Origin: Terriglobia bacterium
GTDB taxonomy: Bacteria > Acidobacteriota > Terriglobia > UBA7540
Direction: 5' to 3'
Assembly: GCA_035652895.1 (NCBI GenBank)
Contig: DASRCX010000056.1
Span: forward strand, 21,267-85,266
Length of the DNA stretch: 64,000 nucleotides
This document shows positions 10,451-20,530 of this stretch, in pieces. The position numbers and the translations under genes were made by a program. Within the stretch, counting starts at the first letter, position 1. Each line of letters starts with the position of its first letter. The notes below the pieces were generated by a model. It ran no database searches. It was not told where the DNA came from and saw nothing but the letters and a program-made list of their open reading frames with translations.

Positions 10451-12148
10451 CTACTGAACATTGTCGGGGAATGAAAAGACAGGATCGACATCGACCGGCA
10501 CATCTTTAATCTTGTCCAATGCGGACTTGAGCGTCGCGGGCATCTGATCGTAACGCTTGAACCATGTCTCCGCGCGGGCGCGGTCGCCTGTGGCCTCAAT
10601 TTCCAGTAGTTGCTGAGCGAGCCGGGCAATTGCGCCGGGCATGCGGAGATAATCAATGGAATAGTACCCCGTCGCAGCGTCCCACGTGATGGCCCTCTGT
10701 TCGCTCAGGAAGTTGAACTCCATCAGTTCCGCTCTGCCGTGCGCTTCGCCCACGCCGTAGCGCACGGTGCGGAAAATTCCTCCGACGTAAGAGGCATAAG
10801 CTTCATCGAGGCTCGATTCCGGCAGCGCGTGATGGTCCACCAGCCACCTCAGCCCGTACATGCCGACCGCGTCGGCCTTCGCCTCTTCCAAGCCCGAATA
10901 GGTTGGCCCAATCGCTTCCCGGATGCTCACCTGTTTTTTCCCGACCCGCGCAAACGCGGGACCCAGGCCGTGTGAGATTTCATGCATCACGACCATCGCC
11001 AGGTAACCTTCGCCTGTGACCTGTGCCGCCTGCGCGGGCGGCAGCAGGTGCTTGACCAGCGGCAGGATCACGTAATTGACGCGGGCATCCATGAAGTTCT
11101 TGAAGAAGATTTTCTTTGTGCCCTTCGTCTCGTGGATTCTGGGATCATTCGGAAGATTATCAGCAACGGCTTGATAGCCATGGCGCAGATCCCCCCCGCG
11201 ATAAGGCGAATCCACCACCTCCATCGGCGTCAGATGGCCCTGCATTGACGGCAAATCCTGCGCGGGCAGCGGGAGCGCACGCTGGATCATCGGAATGTAC
11301 TTCTGGTAAAGGGCAAGTTTCCGGCTTTCGGCGTCGTTTCGAATCAGCACGGCCGCACCGTAGGATGTCTTGACTCCGAGCAGACCATCGAGATAGGTTT
11401 CGTAGGGGGCAAAGATCACGTCGATCTTCGGATTCTTGAGTTCAAGCCACAGAATATCGCTCGGGTAATAATTGTCATTCAGCAGGGCTTCAGCACGCGC
11501 GTCGAGAAATTTCCCAAACGCTTTGTCTTCCGTAAGGGCGGCCGCGTCACGCAGGTCTTTCGCGGCCTTCTCAAGGAATGGCTTGTAGGCAACGTCATAA
11601 GGAATCCCTGCCAGGTCTTCATCTTCACGGCGGACGACGGTATAGGGGCTGTAAATGTCACGCTTCAGGGTGGGATGGGTTTTCAGGTACGCATCAATTT
11701 CCTCGCGCGTCAAATCCGGCGGATAGAGCCAGTGCCCGGGAGGCATGGGAGTGGTGCCCACAAACGGTTTGTTGTCATCCAGGAGATCGAAGCGGCTGCC
11801 ATTGATCATCAGCAGGCGCCGCAATGCGACATCGGCTGGGTCTTTCTTGCCCTCGAGCGACTTATAAAGTTCGAGCGCGTCGGGATCACTCTGTCGCCAG
11901 AAAATGTCGTCAAGGTAGCGCGTGGCATCGACCAGCTTGTTCACGACCTCGCGCTGGGTCTCGGTCAGGCCCGAAGCGTCAAACGGCATTTCAACGCGCT
12001 TCCACTTTGCCAGGCGCGCGGGAACGTCTGGAGACACAACCCCGAAGCGCGAGCTCTCGTTCGTCCGGTTTTTCTTAGGTCCGGCGCACGCCATAAGAAA
12101 TCCTGACAGGAGGACTGATATTCCCCATCGTCGGACGTATCGCCTCAT
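10451..12148 (-). CDS. Zn-metallopeptidase lipoprotein, DPP III (M49)-like
   Basis: The ORF track start at 12163 is a TTG. The ATG at 12148 follows GGGAGG by 4 nt. Lipobox LLSGFLMAC, and zinc motif VVMHEISHGLGP (HExxH). The family call comes from pattern resemblance only. Confidence 0.75.
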   Translation of the reverse strand: MRRYVRRWGISVLLSGFLMACAGPKKNRTNESSRFGVVSPDVPARLAKWKRVEMPFDASGLTETQREVVNKLVDATRYLDDIFWRQSDPDALELYKSLEGKKDPADVALRRLLMINGSRFDLLDDNKPFVGTTPMPPGHWLYPPDLTREEIDAYLKTHPTLKRDIYSPYTVVRREDEDLAGIPYDVAYKPFLEKAAKDLRDAAALTEDKAFGKFLDARAEALLNDNYYPSDILWLELKNPKIDVIFAPYETYLDGLLGVKTSYGAAVLIRNDAESRKLALYQKYIPMIQRALPLPAQDLPSMQGHLTPMEVVDSPYRGGDLRHGYQAVADNLPNDPRIHETKGTKKIFFKNFMDARVNYVILPLVKHLLPPAQAAQVTGEGYLAMVVMHEISHGLGPAFARVGKKQVSIREAIGPTYSGLEEAKADAVGMYGLRWLVDHHALPESSLDEAYASYVGGIFRTVRYGVGEAHGRAELMEFNFLSEQRAITWDAATGYYSIDYLRMPGAIARLAQQLLEIEATGDRARAETWFKRYDQMPATLKSALDKIKDVPVDVDPVFSFPDNVQ

Positions 12149-12226
12149 TCTTCCTCCCTTCAAGAGCGCTTTTGAAATTCAAACATCACGCTCCTGGCGG
12201 GCTCGTCGCATGACCGCCCACCGACG

Positions 12227-14407
12227 CTAGCGGCCAGTTGCTTCCCGCCTGAGATAATGGTCAAAAAAATCGGATGCTGCCTGATAAGCGCGCAACCAGG
12301 TGGAATGAAGATGGAAAACGTGGCCTTCGTCCGGAAAAACAATCTGCTGAAAAGGAACGCCCTGCTCTCGAAGCGCTTCCACCAGATGGACCATTTCCTT
12401 GAACGGGACTTCGCGGTCGTCATCCCCCTGGATCACCAGTACCGGCGACCGCCAGATCTTCATATAGGCCAGGGGCGACGACTCAAAGGCCAGCCGCTCT
12501 GCCTCGGGCTGCCGCTGGGGATTATATGACGGGACCCAGTCCGGAATTTCAAAATTCCAATTGTGCACGCCTGAAATATCAACTCCGGCAGCAAAAAGGT
12601 CGGACGCGCGCGCCAGCGCCAGCGCCGTCAGATAGCCGCCCCAGGAGCCGCCCCAGATGCCGATGCGGTCGGGGTCCACGTCGCTTCGATTGCGCAGAAA
12701 AAGCCCGGCGCCTTCAACGTCATTAAATTCGCTGCCGCCGGTCGCTCCGTAACCGAGCGCCTCGCGGAAATTTAAACCGTAGCCGATGCCGCTGCGGTAG
12801 TTGATCGAGAGAATAATATATCCGCGGCTCACCAGGTACTGGTCCAGCGCATACGCGTTGCTGTAATAGCCCATGTAGTGCCAGCCGAGAAGCATCTGGC
12901 GCTGCGAACCGCCGTGAACAAAGACAATGGCCGGGTGGCGCTTGCCGTCATGATCGTTGGCCGGAAGAAAAAGCTGGCCGTGGATGCGAAGGCCGTCAGC
13001 GGCGGAGATGATCACCGATTGAGGAGCAACCATCGCCTGCGCGGGAAAATCTTTCGGAATAGCGCCCGGCGCGAGGTCAAGAATACGCCCGAAAGCCTCA
13101 AGCACGGCAGGTCGCGCCGGAAGTTTTGCATCAGAGTGCAGCAGGATGATGTCCTGCCCTTGCGCTGTCACCACGGGAGACCATTCAATTCCGTCGCCGC
13201 GCGTCAACTCGGTCGGACGCGTACCCGTAACTGCTTCCTTCCAGAGATGGCGGCGGTCAATATCGTTTTCGTTGGAATTGAAGATCAGTTCGCGGCGGTC
13301 CGGACTCAGCGTTACATCTTCAACAATATAATCGCCCGGAGTCAACAGCCTCGCCTTGCCCCCCGAAACAGGAACCGAATACAGGTGGGTCCACCCGTCA
13401 CGCTCCCACGGGAAAATTAGCAGATTGCCGTCGGCCCACATCAACGGATTCTCCGCAATGACCCTGCGGAATACGCTGCCCGGGCCTTCGTCGGCTTTCC
13501 AGACTTCCCTGCCCGCGCCCGTGGCAACATCAGCGATGCGGATTGACCACGGCTGGCCGCTCCGCTCCGGCCCGAAGATCCTTTCGTGCTCTGAAGCGGG
13601 AATGCGAATGAACGCAATCTGCCTGCCGTCAGGAGACCAGACCGGATATGAATCGAGATCGACGCTGGGGTCGAGATAACGTACGCTGTTTTCGGCAAAG
13701 TCGTAAACGCCGATCAGCCTGTGGTCGCCGCGGTCGCTCACAAAAGCCAGCTTGCTTCCGTCGGGTGACCAGCGCAGTGATCCCGCCTTGCCTTCGCTGT
13801 GGATCAGTTGCGTTGCGGGCGCCGTGGGATTGATCTTCGCCAGCCACACCTGATCTTTAAAGATGAACGCAACGCTCGTGCCTTTCGGCGAGACTGCGGG
13901 CGAATGGCCTTCGCCGATTCGGATCGGAACGCCGCCGCTGAGCGAAATCATCCAGACGTCCTGCTCAACACCCTGCGGCAGACTTCTCGGATTCGGATAA
14001 GGGCCGCCGTTTTCTAAATCGCCACCACGCACGTAAACGATTGCCGAGGCGTCCGGCAACCAGGCCAGTTCCCCGAGGTCGAGGCCCTCATCGCCGGAAT
14101 AATTCGTAAGCTGCCGCGCAATGAACTTGTCGTCGGGCGATGCCTCCGCCACCCAGATGTTGCGCGCGCCCTGAGCGTTGAAAACCCAGGCCACTTTCGA
14201 GCCGGCAGGAGCGGCTGTCAATTCCGAAGGAAACGGTGCGCTCATCACCTGCTCGAGTGTAAACGGCCGCGGCACGGCTACGGCGCATATCGAGATACTG
14301 AAGGCGAGGCCGTAGATTAGTCTGATTCGATCGCGAATTCTTCTCGGCTTCATGGCAACTCGTACGGGTCTCACGGGCGAAACAGTAAAGGACCGGCGGC
14401 CGGGCAT
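12227..14407 (-). CDS. S9 family serine peptidase (prolyl oligopeptidase / dipeptidyl aminopeptidase type) with an N-terminal beta-propeller
   Basis: 726 aa. Repeated WSPDG-type propeller motifs (LRWSPDGSKLAF, PVWSPDGRQIAF). Nucleophile elbow GIWGGSWGGYL, and C-terminal IQGDDD...DEGHVF supplying the catalytic Asp/His. An alternative start at 14353 is possible. Confidence 0.88.
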   Translation of the reverse strand: MPGRRSFTVSPVRPVRVAMKPRRIRDRIRLIYGLAFSISICAVAVPRPFTLEQVMSAPFPSELTAAPAGSKVAWVFNAQGARNIWVAEASPDDKFIARQLTNYSGDEGLDLGELAWLPDASAIVYVRGGDLENGGPYPNPRSLPQGVEQDVWMISLSGGVPIRIGEGHSPAVSPKGTSVAFIFKDQVWLAKINPTAPATQLIHSEGKAGSLRWSPDGSKLAFVSDRGDHRLIGVYDFAENSVRYLDPSVDLDSYPVWSPDGRQIAFIRIPASEHERIFGPERSGQPWSIRIADVATGAGREVWKADEGPGSVFRRVIAENPLMWADGNLLIFPWERDGWTHLYSVPVSGGKARLLTPGDYIVEDVTLSPDRRELIFNSNENDIDRRHLWKEAVTGTRPTELTRGDGIEWSPVVTAQGQDIILLHSDAKLPARPAVLEAFGRILDLAPGAIPKDFPAQAMVAPQSVIISAADGLRIHGQLFLPANDHDGKRHPAIVFVHGGSQRQMLLGWHYMGYYSNAYALDQYLVSRGYIILSINYRSGIGYGLNFREALGYGATGGSEFNDVEGAGLFLRNRSDVDPDRIGIWGGSWGGYLTALALARASDLFAAGVDISGVHNWNFEIPDWVPSYNPQRQPEAERLAFESSPLAYMKIWRSPVLVIQGDDDREVPFKEMVHLVEALREQGVPFQQIVFPDEGHVFHLHSTWLRAYQAASDFFDHYLRREATGR

Positions 14408-14468
14408 GTCCGCATCCGCGTCGATTGTCGCCTGGCGCTGATGGAGCCGTCACGGCTTTCCGGCCTCA

Positions 14469-15503
14469 TCAGCTCAGGCGGCCCGGGAGGTATTGCCGGA
14501 GGAAGCGGTACGCCAAGATGAACCCGTCCTTACGTTCCTGCGGAAAGTCTGCCGCACTGTCGCTCGGCGGCGCATCCCAGAAGCGGTCTTCATGCTCGAC
14601 CGCCGCGCCGCCATTGAATCCCGCCTGGAGCAGCACAGTGAAAAATCGCGGCCAGTCGATCAATCCCTGCCCTGGAATGCGGTAACGCCACCAGCCATCA
14701 CCATGAATTCCGACCTGCTGGAGCACCGGCTGAGTTATTTCCGTGTCTTTAAGGTGGATCGCCAGGATGCGGTCGCGAATGTCCCAGGCGGCCTGATAAG
14801 GGTCGATGTATTGCCGGACAAGATGTGAAGGGTCAAACTCCATGCCAAAATGGCGGTCGGTGATCAGCGAAAAGACCTTTTCCCATGCGGCCGGGACGGT
14901 GGCAAAGTTGATAGCCGTCGGGTAATTTTCCCAGCCCATCGAAACATCGTACTTCTGGCAGACAGGTAGATATTTCTCATTGAACACTTCAGCGAGTTCT
15001 TTGGCCTGGCGGTCGAAGTTCGCGTCTGGAATTCCTCCGCTGAAAGAGCCGACAAACTTGCAGCCCAGCCGGTGAGCGAACTCGAGACAGTGGATAAACC
15101 GCTCATTCATTGATCGCCGCTCGGCGGGATCGGGGGCAATGTGGTTAATGCCCTTGCCCTCCCCGTCGTAGAAGCACTCGACGCTGATGATGCGGCAACC
15201 CGTCTCGCGCGAAGTGGCGAGGATCTGGTCAATCTGGCTGTCGCTCAGGTAGGGATTGAAGTCTTTCCCGGTCTTCACCACGACGCCTTCGTACCCCACC
15301 TGTGTCGCAAAGGCCAACTTCTGGCGCGAATAATTCGTAATGATAGCCAGCTTGGGATATTTCGTTTCCGGAGCAAGCGGAGGGTCCTGCCTTTTCCTGC
15401 CCTTCTCTTGTTGAGCACCAAGGCTGCTGTTTGTTCCCAGCGCAGCTGCGGATGCGCCAGCCGCCATCATGAACTCGCGCCGCCCCACTCGTGATTTCTT
15501 CAT
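14469..15503 (-). CDS. TAT-exported sugar phosphate isomerase/epimerase (xylose-isomerase-like TIM barrel)
   Basis: The ORF track extends to 15734. The ATG at 15503 gives MKKSRVGRREFMMAAGASAAALG, a twin-arginine signal. The AP-endonuclease-2/xylose-isomerase-like TIM barrel pattern runs through the rest of the protein. Confidence 0.8.
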   Translation of the reverse strand: MKKSRVGRREFMMAAGASAAALGTNSSLGAQQEKGRKRQDPPLAPETKYPKLAIITNYSRQKLAFATQVGYEGVVVKTGKDFNPYLSDSQIDQILATSRETGCRIISVECFYDGEGKGINHIAPDPAERRSMNERFIHCLEFAHRLGCKFVGSFSGGIPDANFDRQAKELAEVFNEKYLPVCQKYDVSMGWENYPTAINFATVPAAWEKVFSLITDRHFGMEFDPSHLVRQYIDPYQAAWDIRDRILAIHLKDTEITQPVLQQVGIHGDGWWRYRIPGQGLIDWPRFFTVLLQAGFNGGAAVEHEDRFWDAPPSDSAADFPQERKDGFILAYRFLRQYLPGRLS

Positions 15504-15737
15504 GATTAAGCCCCCTGATAATTTGAAGGGTGAGTATAGGTCAAGCGTATTGCAGGCCGCAACTGAAAACGGCGAAAAGCACCCTTGCCGTGGCCTGTTA
15601 CACAACGGATGCGGACTTCCCTTCGACAAGATCAGGGAAGACCCGCTGCGCAGGGTATCCCGTGCAAACTCCATTGGCCCTTCGCTCCGCCGAAATGACA
15701 TGCAGGGGAACAAAACGATGTACGACACGAGCAAATC

Positions 15738-16912
15738 TTATCTGGACGATTGCAGCTTCGGTTCAGCCTCAAGCGGCATCACGACGCGAAGCAGAGGCGG
15801 CGCCACCAGGGTCGTCACGATGCTCATGACGACAACAATGGAATAGACAGCATCAGAAATCGTGTGCAAGCTCAGGCCTACGCCGGCAACAATCAACCCG
15901 ACTTCACCGCGGGGCACCATTCCAACGCCGACACGCAACGCGTCTTTCAACCCCAGCCGCCAGGCGCCCAGCCCACATCCCATCAGTTTTCCTACAATCG
16001 CCAGCATGCAGATGACAACGGCCATGGTGATAATTCCGGGAGACAAAAAGGTCTTGACGTTTACCTGGACGCCAAGCATGACAAAAAGAAGGGTGCGAGG
16101 AATTCACTGAGCGGATGAGCGTTTTCCTCGAGCCTCCACCGCTCGCTGTGATCTGCAAACGCCAGTCCGGAAAGAAACGCGCCGATGATCGCGGCGATGC
16201 CAATGTAAACGGATGCCAGAGAAAGCCCAAGGCAGAGGATGATCGAAAGGATGAATGCTGAGTTCTGGGCGCGAAGCTTTTCGACGTGCGGCTGAAACGT
16301 TCCGATCACGCGCGACCCGAAAGAGATGATAAGCAGCGTGAACCCCACAGCTTCTACTGCCACCGTCAATAGCTGGACATAATGGACCTCGCCGGTCGAA
16401 AGGCTGCTGACCACGGCGAGTACCAGCAAGCCCAGAATGTCGTCCAGGACGGCTGCGGCCAGAATCACGGGGGCTGACCGCGTAGAAAGGGCCCCCATGT
16501 CAGCGAGGACCCTGGCGGTAATGCCCACACTGGTAGCCACCATGGCGGCGCCGATAAAGATCGACTCCACTGTAGGATGGCCGGCCGCTTCCATGTATAA
16601 GAACCCAAAAACAAACGGCAGAGCAACTCCCAGTGTGCCGACCGCGATGGCGGTCCAGCCCACTTCCAAAAGGTCGCCGGGCTTCGTCTCAAGCCCGACG
16701 GTGAAAAGCAGGAAGACCGCTCCCATTACGGCAATGCCTTGGTTCAGCTCAGTGACGTGAATAAGTCCCAGCAGTGAAGGCCCCAGCAACACACCTGCCA
16801 GCAACTCACCGAGCACTCCCGGCTGCCGGAGTCGTTCTGCAATTTCTGCCAGCAGTTTTCCGCCGGCAAACATCAGGAAGAGCTCCAGCAATACTTTGCC
16901 TGAGTTTTCCAT
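15738..16912 (-). pseudogene. Cation:proton antiporter (CPA2/Kef-type) split by a 1-nt frameshift
   Basis: ORFs 16061..16912 (283 aa, MENSGKVLLELFLMFAGGKLLAEI...) and 15738..16079 (113 aa) are the consecutive N- and C-terminal parts of one Na+/H+-exchanger-family membrane protein. Adding one T to the mRNA-sense T5 run (A5 at 16083-16087 on the + strand) restores ...LSEFLAPFFFVMLGVQVNVK..., the conserved PxFFvxxG segment. Confidence 0.7.
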
Positions 16913-17199
16913 AACCCGAGGGTTTCAGATTCGGAGTGCCCTCGTCGAATCTCTGCCGTGCCGACTGCTGAAATCCTTCGCTCCGTTCAAAATAACAGCT
17001 GCGAGCACCAATTCATTGGAGCGGGCAGTGAATGCCGGTCTCCGGCCTTCCGAGGGAATCATTCACCGGCGCGCTGCTTCCATGCGCCCATAAAAATGTT
17101 ACGAAGAATTGAAACGGCATGAAAGAAGAAAAGCGTACTGCTATGAAAAACCTGCGGGTCCCGCCGATGGGCGATTTTCGATATCACGGCGTCCAGACA

Positions 17200-17856
17200 C
17201 TACCGACCGGCTTGCTGCTTCGCCTGGCCTGCCCCGCGAACGAAGGTCGCCTTGCCGGGAGAAAATTCGATTTTCCTCACATGATTCGGCAGCAGAAAAG
17301 GTTTGCTCAAGTCAATTTTGTATTCAGACTGCAGATAATTCTGGATGAACCAATTGACCAGCCAGTCAGAGAGTGTGGTGTCGCCGATGTGGACGTCTTT
17401 GATGGTAACCGTGCCAGTCCCGCCGCCGCTCTGGACCACGCCGAGCGCCGTCACGCGCTGAGTGCCGCGGAAAATGGCGGCCAGAAGCCGCGCCCCCAAC
17501 TGGTCGCCGAGACGCTCTGTGGGCTTCAGTTCATCGAAATTCACGTTGGCCGCTCCATAAACGCCCTCGGGCTTAAAGTGGAATTCAAGGTCTTTTACGG
17601 CCGGAGGGAGAAATTGCGGGCGGTCGTATTTGATAAACGAATTCACTTCGGCGTCTGTAATCACAATCGGGCCGAGTGCGCCGCCCCTTGCAGGACCGAT
17701 TGCCGAAAGCTCCATGAGCTTAGTTTGGAAAGCATTGGCCGCCGCCGGGGAAAGGCCGGACACCGACGTCGCATTGATAAACGCCTCCGTCCCTGTGCCA
17801 CCGATGCCCAGTAAAAGGGTGCATGCAGCGAGCACCGGCGCTGCCATGAGCTTCAT
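17200..17856 (-). CDS. Hypothetical lipoprotein (possibly LmeA/DUF2993-like)
   Basis: The ATG at 17856 gives MKLMAAPVLAACTLLLG with a lipobox LAAC. It is co-directional with, and 58 nt downstream of, the asmA-like gene. The family guess is weak. Confidence 0.7.
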   Translation of the reverse strand: MKLMAAPVLAACTLLLGIGGTGTEAFINATSVSGLSPAAANAFQTKLMELSAIGPARGGALGPIVITDAEVNSFIKYDRPQFLPPAVKDLEFHFKPEGVYGAANVNFDELKPTERLGDQLGARLLAAIFRGTQRVTALGVVQSGGGTGTVTIKDVHIGDTTLSDWLVNWFIQNYLQSEYKIDLSKPFLLPNHVRKIEFSPGKATFVRGAGQAKQQAGR

Positions 17857-17914
17857 GAGGTCTGCAGCTTTGATTCTGAATGCCGAATCCTGCTTCTGCA
17901 AAGGGATGGCTCCT

Positions 17915-20530
17915 TCAAGGTTGTGTCTGCGAAACCTGTGCCGAAGGGACCATCTCAAGGTTCCGCAACGGTCCCGCCAAGCGAAAGTCTGCCATTCGGG
18001 ACACAGGACCGGCGCCGGACGACTGGGCGCTTACCCACGTCCGCCGCACCCCGCGCAAGTCTGCGCGCACCAGCAAACTTGCCGTCCCGTTAAAATTGTA
18101 AGTCCCCTGCAGCCCGAAGCGCGCGCCGGAAATCTCCACAGGAAAGCTTTCGAGGATCGCCCGTTGGTTCCGAAAAACCAGGTGTGCCGTAGCGGCGGGA
18201 ATGTACAGCGGCTGTGGACCTGCTTCCATTAGATCAAGCCCCAGGTGACGGGCCAGCGCCCGGATGGGATTGAAGCTGCCCAAATTGACGCTTTCAAGCT
18301 GCACCGTCGCTTTTCCCTGAAGCGTGCGGAGCAACTCCTCGCTGTCCGTCCCTCGCGATGTGAAACTTCCTGCTGCGGAGAAATATCCGCGCACGCCGCT
18401 CAAGGATGATGGAAGATAAGGATCCAGCGTCTGGATGCTTGCGCCGCTCACGCCGGCTTCACATGAAATCTGCAACGGAGTCTTGCCCAGGTCCACCAGC
18501 GCGTTTCCGTCGCCGCGGCCGCCGCCGGCCATGAAGCTGACCTTTGCAAGGGAGATTTTCTGATTGTGGATATTCACGCTGGAATGAAACTGATGCAATT
18601 CGAGCGCGCGATAAGTGAGCAGGGGAGTGGAAAACCGCCCGCGCGCATCCAGATGGCTGGCAAAATCGAATGATGGACGGCGCCCCGTGATCGATGAGAT
18701 GATTCCCGAAATTCTGCTGAAAAATGATGACGAATTCTGATCGCCTGTCCCAACAAACCATTGCGAAGCCTGTTCGAGGCTGAGTTTGTCCGCGCGGAGG
18801 CTGAAATCCCACGGAGCCTTGGAGCCTCGCTCGTGCATGGCCCATCCGGAGAAAACGCTGGTACCCATCACGGCCAGCACCGGATTGACGATGACCTGCT
18901 TGCCGTAAACCTGAACGCGCGCTCGGGGGACGTTCAGCGGCCCGTTCAGTCCGGGAACCACCAGTCGCGCGCTGCGAATGCTGGCCTGTGCCGTGACGCT
19001 CGGACGGGTCCAGGGCCATGCGATACCCGTGAAATGCAAAGTGAAGGAGCCTATTCCTTCGGCCTGGATCGGCCTCCCGCTAAGCAGCCCCACGGCATGG
19101 GCGAAGTGCAACAGCCTTTCAAGGCTGATCGCTCGTGAAGAAAGTGTCAGAGCATATGTTGGGCGAAACTTTGCACTCCGGCCGTGCACTGCCGGCGATA
19201 TGTGCTCGAGGCTGCCTTCTGCAACCACCTCGACCCCCGGCGAAAGCAAAACCTGAGCCGGGGCCAGTCGCGCTCGGGACCGAGAGAATTGAATAGCAAC
19301 GTCTGAAACAGGAAATTCCCCCGAATGCGTAACGAGATGAATGTCGCGCGCATCCAGAAAGCCGAGATACTGCCGGCCGCTCCACGGCCCCTGCATAGAC
19401 ACCATTCCGTTCAGGCGGCCCGTCAGTTCCCACGCAACCTGACTGCCCAGCACACGCTTGCCAAGCCGCAACAGGTCCTGTAACCGCGACTGCTCAAAAA
19501 CCACGCCCAGATCAAAGTTTGGCTTCGAAATAACGTCCTCGATCGAGCCTGCCAGATGGACCTGCGACCCTGCAAAAACCAGGTCCGCGCCGGCGAGGGT
19601 CAGATTTCCTTTGTCACGGTCGAACCGCCCGCTGAAGCGGACGTTACAAGGCAGGTCATTCGATGCGGGCAACTGCTCCCATCGGTGCAACTGACTGACG
19701 CGCGACTCACCGGAGAAATGGATGTTGCGCAGGCTTCCAGTCAGGTGGACCGTGCTGTCCACGACTCCATAGACTTCGGGGTTGTGCCCGGTCAGGAGCG
19801 GTACCCAATCATAAAGCAGGGTCCCCTGCATGCGAAGCGTCGCGTTGAGGGATTTGCCGAGCGGCCTTTCAGGCGACCAGTTGCCTTCCAGTTCCACGCG
19901 GCCCGGCGTGGGAAATTCCAAGTCCGTCCGGACCGGCTCGCCCGCGATTCGGAAGTCCGCGCGGTGCGATTTATATTCGAAATCCAGATGTGCACGCGCA
20001 TTGACAATCGCAAAAGGCTTCTTGTCCTCGCCAATCTTGAAGTTCAGGCGACCGTCCTCAACCTCAATCGACAGATTGGAAGGCGGCGGCGAAGGCCCGA
20101 ATTTGGCAGATTGACCCGGGCTCCCATTCTGTAAAAGCAGGTTCTCAACGTTCCACATGCCGGAGGCGTTCCGGACGATGTTGATGCTGGGACCCGAAAG
20201 CCGCAGTGTTCCGAACGAAGGGCTGGCGCTCCACAGACTTCGCCAGCGCAGGTCGCAATCCAGGCGATTAACGCGAATGAACGGTTCAAGTCCGAAGGCG
20301 GGGTCTTCGGCAACCACGACATTATTTACGGTAAAACCAAGGCGAGGGAAAAAATGAACGGAGATATCTCCAAATGCCACCTTGCGATGCAGTGCGCGTT
20401 TGAGTCCGGCTTCCAGCAGCGGACGGTAACGGCTGGCGTTAAAAAAAACCGGCACCACCCACGCCGCCGCCACAAGCAGCACAACCACCAACGCCGTATT
20501 TCTCAGATATCGCCGCTTGCTTTGACCCAT
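17915..20530 (-). CDS. AsmA family protein
   Basis: 871 aa. N-terminal anchor RNTALVVVLLVAAAWVVPVFF followed by RYRPLLEAGLKRALHRKVAFGDISVHFFPRLGFTVNNVVV, typical of AsmA-family N-termini. The body is long and beta-rich. The start overlaps the lepB stop (TAATG). Confidence 0.85.
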   Translation of the reverse strand: MGQSKRRYLRNTALVVVLLVAAAWVVPVFFNASRYRPLLEAGLKRALHRKVAFGDISVHFFPRLGFTVNNVVVAEDPAFGLEPFIRVNRLDCDLRWRSLWSASPSFGTLRLSGPSINIVRNASGMWNVENLLLQNGSPGQSAKFGPSPPPSNLSIEVEDGRLNFKIGEDKKPFAIVNARAHLDFEYKSHRADFRIAGEPVRTDLEFPTPGRVELEGNWSPERPLGKSLNATLRMQGTLLYDWVPLLTGHNPEVYGVVDSTVHLTGSLRNIHFSGESRVSQLHRWEQLPASNDLPCNVRFSGRFDRDKGNLTLAGADLVFAGSQVHLAGSIEDVISKPNFDLGVVFEQSRLQDLLRLGKRVLGSQVAWELTGRLNGMVSMQGPWSGRQYLGFLDARDIHLVTHSGEFPVSDVAIQFSRSRARLAPAQVLLSPGVEVVAEGSLEHISPAVHGRSAKFRPTYALTLSSRAISLERLLHFAHAVGLLSGRPIQAEGIGSFTLHFTGIAWPWTRPSVTAQASIRSARLVVPGLNGPLNVPRARVQVYGKQVIVNPVLAVMGTSVFSGWAMHERGSKAPWDFSLRADKLSLEQASQWFVGTGDQNSSSFFSRISGIISSITGRRPSFDFASHLDARGRFSTPLLTYRALELHQFHSSVNIHNQKISLAKVSFMAGGGRGDGNALVDLGKTPLQISCEAGVSGASIQTLDPYLPSSLSGVRGYFSAAGSFTSRGTDSEELLRTLQGKATVQLESVNLGSFNPIRALARHLGLDLMEAGPQPLYIPAATAHLVFRNQRAILESFPVEISGARFGLQGTYNFNGTASLLVRADLRGVRRTWVSAQSSGAGPVSRMADFRLAGPLRNLEMVPSAQVSQTQP

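Noticed and set aside
17020-17070. A c-di-AMP (ydaO-type) riboswitch upstream of the antiporter, suggested by GGTGAATGA and CCGAATC strings.
   Set aside because: The conserved ydaO blocks as I remember them (ACCCGAACCCG...CAGCTAACC, GAGCGGGGGACCCA) are absent. The resemblance is limited to short strings.
17119-17814. A 231-aa plus-strand ORF and other ORFs overlapping the lipoprotein and AsmA genes.
   Set aside because: It is antisense to a gene with a clear lipobox signal peptide and operon context. The product has no motifs.
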